The notes under the pieces were generated by a model, which was given only the letters and a program-made list of their open reading frames with translations, was not told where the DNA came from and searched no databases. From Actinomycetes bacterium (lineage in GTDB: Bacteria; Actinomycetota; Actinomycetes; JACCUZ01): 36,539 nt of DNA. The stretch covers positions 1-36,539 of the forward strand of contig JBOGDY010000001.1 of assembly GCA_050742955.1 (NCBI GenBank), given 5' to 3'. How positions within the stretch are numbered: position 1 is the stretch's first letter; the number at the start of each line of letters is the position of its first letter. The position numbers and the translations under genes were made by a program. Positions 33,608 to 36,539 of the stretch are shown here, piece after piece.

Positions 33608-33982
33608 TCAGCCGAACCACGGCGTGGCACCCTGGATGGCGGCTGTCCGCCGTGACCGGCCAGGGATCTCTCGACTCGTCGCAGTGTGGGACACCAGGGT
33701 GCGACCCTGCGGTTCAACCGTAAGGCTGCCTCCCAGCCGGCCGACCAGGTCCTGAAATCGGGCCGTGACGGCTGCGACCGCTGGTTCGGCGTTCTGGGCC
33801 CCACGGACGTCGACGACGATCGTGCGCGCACCGGCCTCGACGAGCCGGCACAGCTCTATGGACAGGTCCATCGCCGTCGTGTCATCTGCGAGCCCACGAA
33901 GCACGACGGTGGCGTGCGGACCCTGACGTCGGGTGTTGATCAACATGGCCGTCGCCTCATCCCTGAAAGTGCCCCGTTCCAT
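33608..33982 (-). CDS. STAS-domain (anti-sigma-factor-antagonist-like) protein.
   Basis: ORF 33608..34060. Candidate starts are ATG 33982 and ATG 33946. The pattern HATVVLRGLADDTTAMDLSIELCRLVEAGARTIVVDVRGA...LVGRLGGSLTV resembles SpoIIAA/RsbV-type STAS proteins. This is a weaker call than the others. Confidence 0.5.
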   Translation of the reverse strand: MERGTFRDEATAMLINTRRQGPHATVVLRGLADDTTAMDLSIELCRLVEAGARTIVVDVRGAQNAEPAVAAVTARFQDLVGRLGGSLTVEPQGRTLVSHTATSREIPGRSRRTAAIQGATPWFG

Positions 33983-34063
33983 CAGACAACCGGGACGGGG
34001 CGATCGGGACCAGAGCACAAGGACCCGAGTGGACACGGCACCTCCCCGCAACGGCCGCAAGTC

Positions 34064-34077
34064 GGGACGGATGGCCC
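34064..34077. promoter_or_regulatory. DosR/DevR-type box B6 between the divergent STAS and hsp20 genes.
   Basis: GGGACGGATGGCCC, centred 72 nt upstream of the hsp20 ATG (34142) and 88 nt upstream of STAS ATG 33982. Confidence 0.45.
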
Positions 34078-34141
34078 TACCCCGCGCTAGCCGGTGGCGA
34101 TGCCATGGAGGCGTGGGTTCCTACGTCATGAGGAGGATGAC

Positions 34142-34579
34142 ATGGGTGCTGTGTCTAGGCGCGAAACGACGTCGTCACCGCTGGCCGACTTGATGAACTG
34201 GATCGAGTCGGGGTGGCCGAACATCGGCGGGTGGCCGGGCGAGACCAGTCAAGCGATCCGGATCGAGGACCGGCTCGAGGACGACCGTTACGTCGTCCGC
34301 GCCGAGCTGCCCGGCATCGACCCGGAGAAGGACGTGCAGATCACCATCGCCGACGGTGTGCTCAGCGTCTCCGCGGAGCGCCATGAGCAGGTCAGCGAGA
34401 AGGGCAGGTCCGAGTTCCGCTATGGGTCCCTGCTGCGACGCGTGAACCTGCCCAAGGGCGCGCAGGAGGAGTCGGTCGTGGCGCGCTACGAAGACGGGAT
34501 CCTGGAGATCTCTGTGCCGGTCGCGGTGGACCGGCCAGAGCCGCGGTCCATCCCGGTGTCGCGCGCTCCATCCGGCTGA
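34142..34579 (+). CDS. Hsp20 / alpha-crystallin family small heat-shock protein (HspX-like).
   Basis: ORF 34094..34579. ATG 34142 is preceded by AGGAGGA. It has the alpha-crystallin core IRIEDRLEDDRYVVRAELPGIDPEKDVQITIADGVLSVSAER...GSLLRRVNLPKGAQEESVVARYEDGILEISVP. Confidence 0.9.
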   Translation: MGAVSRRETTSSPLADLMNWIESGWPNIGGWPGETSQAIRIEDRLEDDRYVVRAELPGIDPEKDVQITIADGVLSVSAERHEQVSEKGRSEFRYGSLLRRVNLPKGAQEESVVARYEDGILEISVPVAVDRPEPRSIPVSRAPSG

Positions 34580-34593
34580 AGCCCTACGGACAC

Positions 34594-34622
34594 GGGAGGT
34601 CGCGGCTGGGGCGCGACCTCCC
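34594..34622 (+). terminator. Strong stem-loop after hsp20.
   Basis: Perfect 11-bp stem GGGAGGTCGCG / CGCGACCTCCC with a 7-nt loop, 15 nt after the stop codon. Confidence 0.6.
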
Positions 34623-34827
34623 GCCCGGGCGCACGATCGAGGAGGTGCCAGCCATGGGTGAGAAGGAGCAACACGAGGCGAGCGCCGAAGCACGCCGCCA
34701 TCTGACGTCCCGGCCTACCGAGTCGGGCAAGCACGAGGACCTGGTCCAGCGGCGACTCGGTGTGGCCTTCTATCGCGAGGTTCACGGTCGGGACCAACAG
34801 CCCAGCCAAGCGGACCCAGGAGGAACC

Positions 34828-35022
34828 ATGCACGCAGTCCCGGGCGAGCGCATCATCGTGAGGCGCAGCCACCTCGGCGAACCTGCCAGCGACGGCGAAA
34901 TCATCGAGGTACGGGGGCCCGATGGGAGTCCCCCGTTCCTGGTCCGGTGGTCCGACACCGGGAACGAGGCACTCGTCTTCCCCGGGTCGGACGCGGAGAT
35001 CCACCACTGCGGCGACCGCTGA
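34828..35022 (+). CDS. DUF1918 domain protein.
   Basis: ORF 34645..35022. ATG 34828 is preceded by AGGAGGA. The sequence GERIIVRRSHLGEPASDGEIIEVRGPDGSPPFLVRWSDTGNEALVFPGSDA matches the DUF1918 pattern. The in-frame alternative ATG 34654 also has a GGAGG SD, but the extension has lower GC3. Confidence 0.75.
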   Translation: MHAVPGERIIVRRSHLGEPASDGEIIEVRGPDGSPPFLVRWSDTGNEALVFPGSDAEIHHCGDR

Positions 35023-35077
35023 GCGGCAACCAGCGGTGCGCGCGTGGCGACCATCCGGGCCGCTCGGCCGTAGAGTT

Positions 35078-35091
35078 GGGATCTTCGGCCC
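35078..35091. promoter_or_regulatory. DosR/DevR-type box B7 upstream of the Acg-family nitroreductase gene.
   Basis: GGGATCTTCGGCCC shares its CTTCGGCCC half with B4 and B5. It is centred 45.5 nt upstream of ATG 35130. Confidence 0.5.
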
Positions 35092-35129
35092 TCTCCTACT
35101 CCGAACCCCGATGAGCGAGACTGGGCCAC

Positions 35130-36113
35130 ATGACGACAGGACAAGCCGACTTCACCGCCGCGGTCGACCTGGGCCGACTGGCTCCGTCGGTGCACAACAC
35201 CCAGCCCTGGCTCTTCCATGCGGAAGATGACGTTCTCATCCTGCGACGCGACAGCGCCCGGAGCCTTCCAGTGCTCGACCCCACGTTCCGCCAACAGACC
35301 ATCAGCTGCGGTGCGGCGTTGCACCTGGTCCGGCTTGGACTACGGCTGCAGGGCTTCGATGTCGTCGTGCAGCCCCACCCGGTCCCGGGTGACAGCACGA
35401 TCCTCGCCGCCGTCCGGGCAGTGCCCGGCGCAGCCGCAACAGCCGAAGAGGTCGTGCTGGAGCACGCCGCGCGGCACCGCCACACGCAGCGAGAACCCTT
35501 CGACCCGCAACCCGTGGACGCGGAGACCGTCACCGCCATGCGCGATGCCGCGCAGCAGGAGGGCGCGTGGGTGCGGTTCCTGACCGAGCCCGCCGAGCAG
35601 ATCGCGCTGACCGTGCTGCTGTCGCACGCGGACGAGGCCGAGGAGGCGGACGAGGCGTATCGCGAGGAGCTTTCCGCGTGGACGCACCGTCCGTCTAGCG
35701 AAGGCGACGGCGTTCCACCGCAGGCAGCTCCCCCCGTGCGCGGGCGGGCGAGCAACGTGCGGCTACGGGACTTCAGCGCGCCGGCCGACGATGGCCAGGA
35801 GACGCCTCGGGTCACCGAGGACGACCCGGCGCCTCCAGCGGAGCACCCGTTGGTGGTGGTACTGGGGACGGCCGGCGACGGACCTGATGACTGGTTGGTG
35901 GCGGGACAAGCCCTCAGCACCCTGCTGTTGCACGCCGCCGTCGACGGCGTGCAGGCATCGCCCCTGGGTCAGGTGCTCGACCAGCCGTGGTCGCGGCGAC
36001 GGCTGGGTGGCGAGCTGAGGCTCGTGGGCTACCCCCAGATGGTGCTGCGGCTGGGCCACGCCCGGCCCGGCCCGGACACGCCGCGCCGCCCGATGACAGA
36101 CGTCCTGCGGTAG
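35130..36113 (+). CDS. Acg-family FMN-binding nitroreductase-like protein (Rv2032/Rv3131-type).
   Basis: It has the N-terminal signature APSVHNTQPW, a ~327-aa two-lobed nitroreductase-like layout and the C-terminal PQMVLRLGHA motif typical of the Acg family. Confidence 0.86.
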   Translation: MTTGQADFTAAVDLGRLAPSVHNTQPWLFHAEDDVLILRRDSARSLPVLDPTFRQQTISCGAALHLVRLGLRLQGFDVVVQPHPVPGDSTILAAVRAVPGAAATAEEVVLEHAARHRHTQREPFDPQPVDAETVTAMRDAAQQEGAWVRFLTEPAEQIALTVLLSHADEAEEADEAYREELSAWTHRPSSEGDGVPPQAAPPVRGRASNVRLRDFSAPADDGQETPRVTEDDPAPPAEHPLVVVLGTAGDGPDDWLVAGQALSTLLLHAAVDGVQASPLGQVLDQPWSRRRLGGELRLVGYPQMVLRLGHARPGPDTPRRPMTDVLR

Positions 36114-36147
36114 CTCGGCCCCCATTCCGATCACGCCCGGGTCGCGT

Positions 36148-36539
36148 TCAGCGTGACGGTACGGCTGCAGGGCTGTGCCCGAGCTCGAGCACGATTTGCG
36201 GGTAGGCGCCGGCGCACACCTCACGCCGCACGCGCTCCCGTCGCGTCGGGTCTTCCAACGCCCACGTGAAGAAGCGGACCGCGACCCATTCGGTCGTCGC
36301 GGTCAGCAGCAGTCGCTGTAGCGCCTGCCCTGCGCTCAGCCAGTCCACCGGCCTGTCCGAGACCGTGGTGAGCACCTCTATGCGCGCGGCCACGGCCGTG
36401 TCGCCGACCCAGGGCGCCCGCAGCCCTTGGGGCCGAGCCGGGTCGCGATCGGAAGAGTCCTCCGCAGCCGACAACTGCTCGTCGAGTGCCGCCAGTCGCG
36501 GCCCGACGGGCACGGAGAGCAGGGCAGCACCCTCCGCCG
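36148..36539 (-). CDS. Acg-family nitroreductase-like protein. Only the C-terminal part is in the window and the 5' end lies beyond the edge.
   Basis: The frame is open to the window end (no stop upstream of ORF 36148..36513). Its C-terminus ...WLSAGQALQRLLLTATTEWVAVRFFTWALE...YPQIVLELGHS parallels the C-terminus of the convergent paralogue (WLVAGQALSTLLLHAAVDGVQASPLGQVLD...YPQMVLRLGHA). Confidence 0.75.
   Translation of the reverse strand, partial: AEGAALLSVPVGPRLAALDEQLSAAEDSSDRDPARPQGLRAPWVGDTAVAARIEVLTTVSDRPVDWLSAGQALQRLLLTATTEWVAVRFFTWALEDPTRRERVRREVCAGAYPQIVLELGHSPAAVPSR

Noticed and set aside
34737-34747. Palindrome GGACC-T-GGTCC upstream of the DUF1918 core.
   Set aside because: The arms are separated by one nucleotide fewer than in the seven accepted boxes (GGAC-N3-GTCC against GGGAC-N4-GTCC). 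The site also lies inside a possible coding extension.
34790-34803. GGGACCAACAGCCC, considered as an eighth box.
   Set aside because: The sequence match is reasonable, but its centre is only 31 nt from ATG 34828 and immediately upstream of that gene's SD. That leaves no room for a promoter in the geometry seen at the other sites. It is mentioned in the DUF1918 finding but not annotated.
1-36539. Search for tRNA/rRNA genes, CRISPR arrays, IS or transposase or integrase genes, prophage or toxin-antitoxin modules, and defence-system signatures.
   Set aside because: I found no regularly spaced repeats, no cloverleaf-like segments, and no DDE or tyrosine-recombinase-like ORFs. The two STAND-type ATPases carry LuxR HTH outputs, which marks them as transcription regulators rather than Avs-like effectors.

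Overview
Very GC-rich window with strong GC3 bias, typical of an actinobacterial chromosome. Most long ORFs in the six-frame track are alternate-frame or antisense artefacts. I called genes from recognisable motifs, hydrophobicity, GC3 and SD-plus-start context. No homology search was possible, so all family names are motif-level calls. I support about 30 protein genes and found no tRNA, rRNA, CRISPR array or transposase. Left part (1-11 kb): a long AtsA-like arylsulfatase, a DUF1269 plus large membrane protein pair, two small proteins and two tandem MalT/LAL-type LuxR regulators. Middle (11-15 kb, all minus strand): a K+ channel, a small hypothetical, a DUF360/holin-family membrane protein, an EAL phosphodiesterase and a sulfotransferase. 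Right 21 kb (15.5-36.5 kb) is the main finding. Its gene content mirrors the mycobacterial DosR/DevR and Streptomyces OsdR dormancy/hypoxia regulons: a CtpF-like P-type ATPase, two tandem-USP proteins, two Acg-family nitroreductases, Hsp20, a CBS-pair protein, a PNPOx-family domain, GH65 and a Zn-ADH. Nearly every transcription unit there is preceded by one 14-bp palindromic box, GKGACC-WW-SGKCCC. One copy is a perfect palindrome and two copies are identical 16-mers. No cognate DosR/DosS-type two-component system lies in the window. Less usual members of the island are a USP-ABC exporter operon, a CBS-CBS-BON-PNPOx fusion protein and a PatA-like GNAT/acyl-CoA-synthetase gene broken by a 1-nt frameshift.
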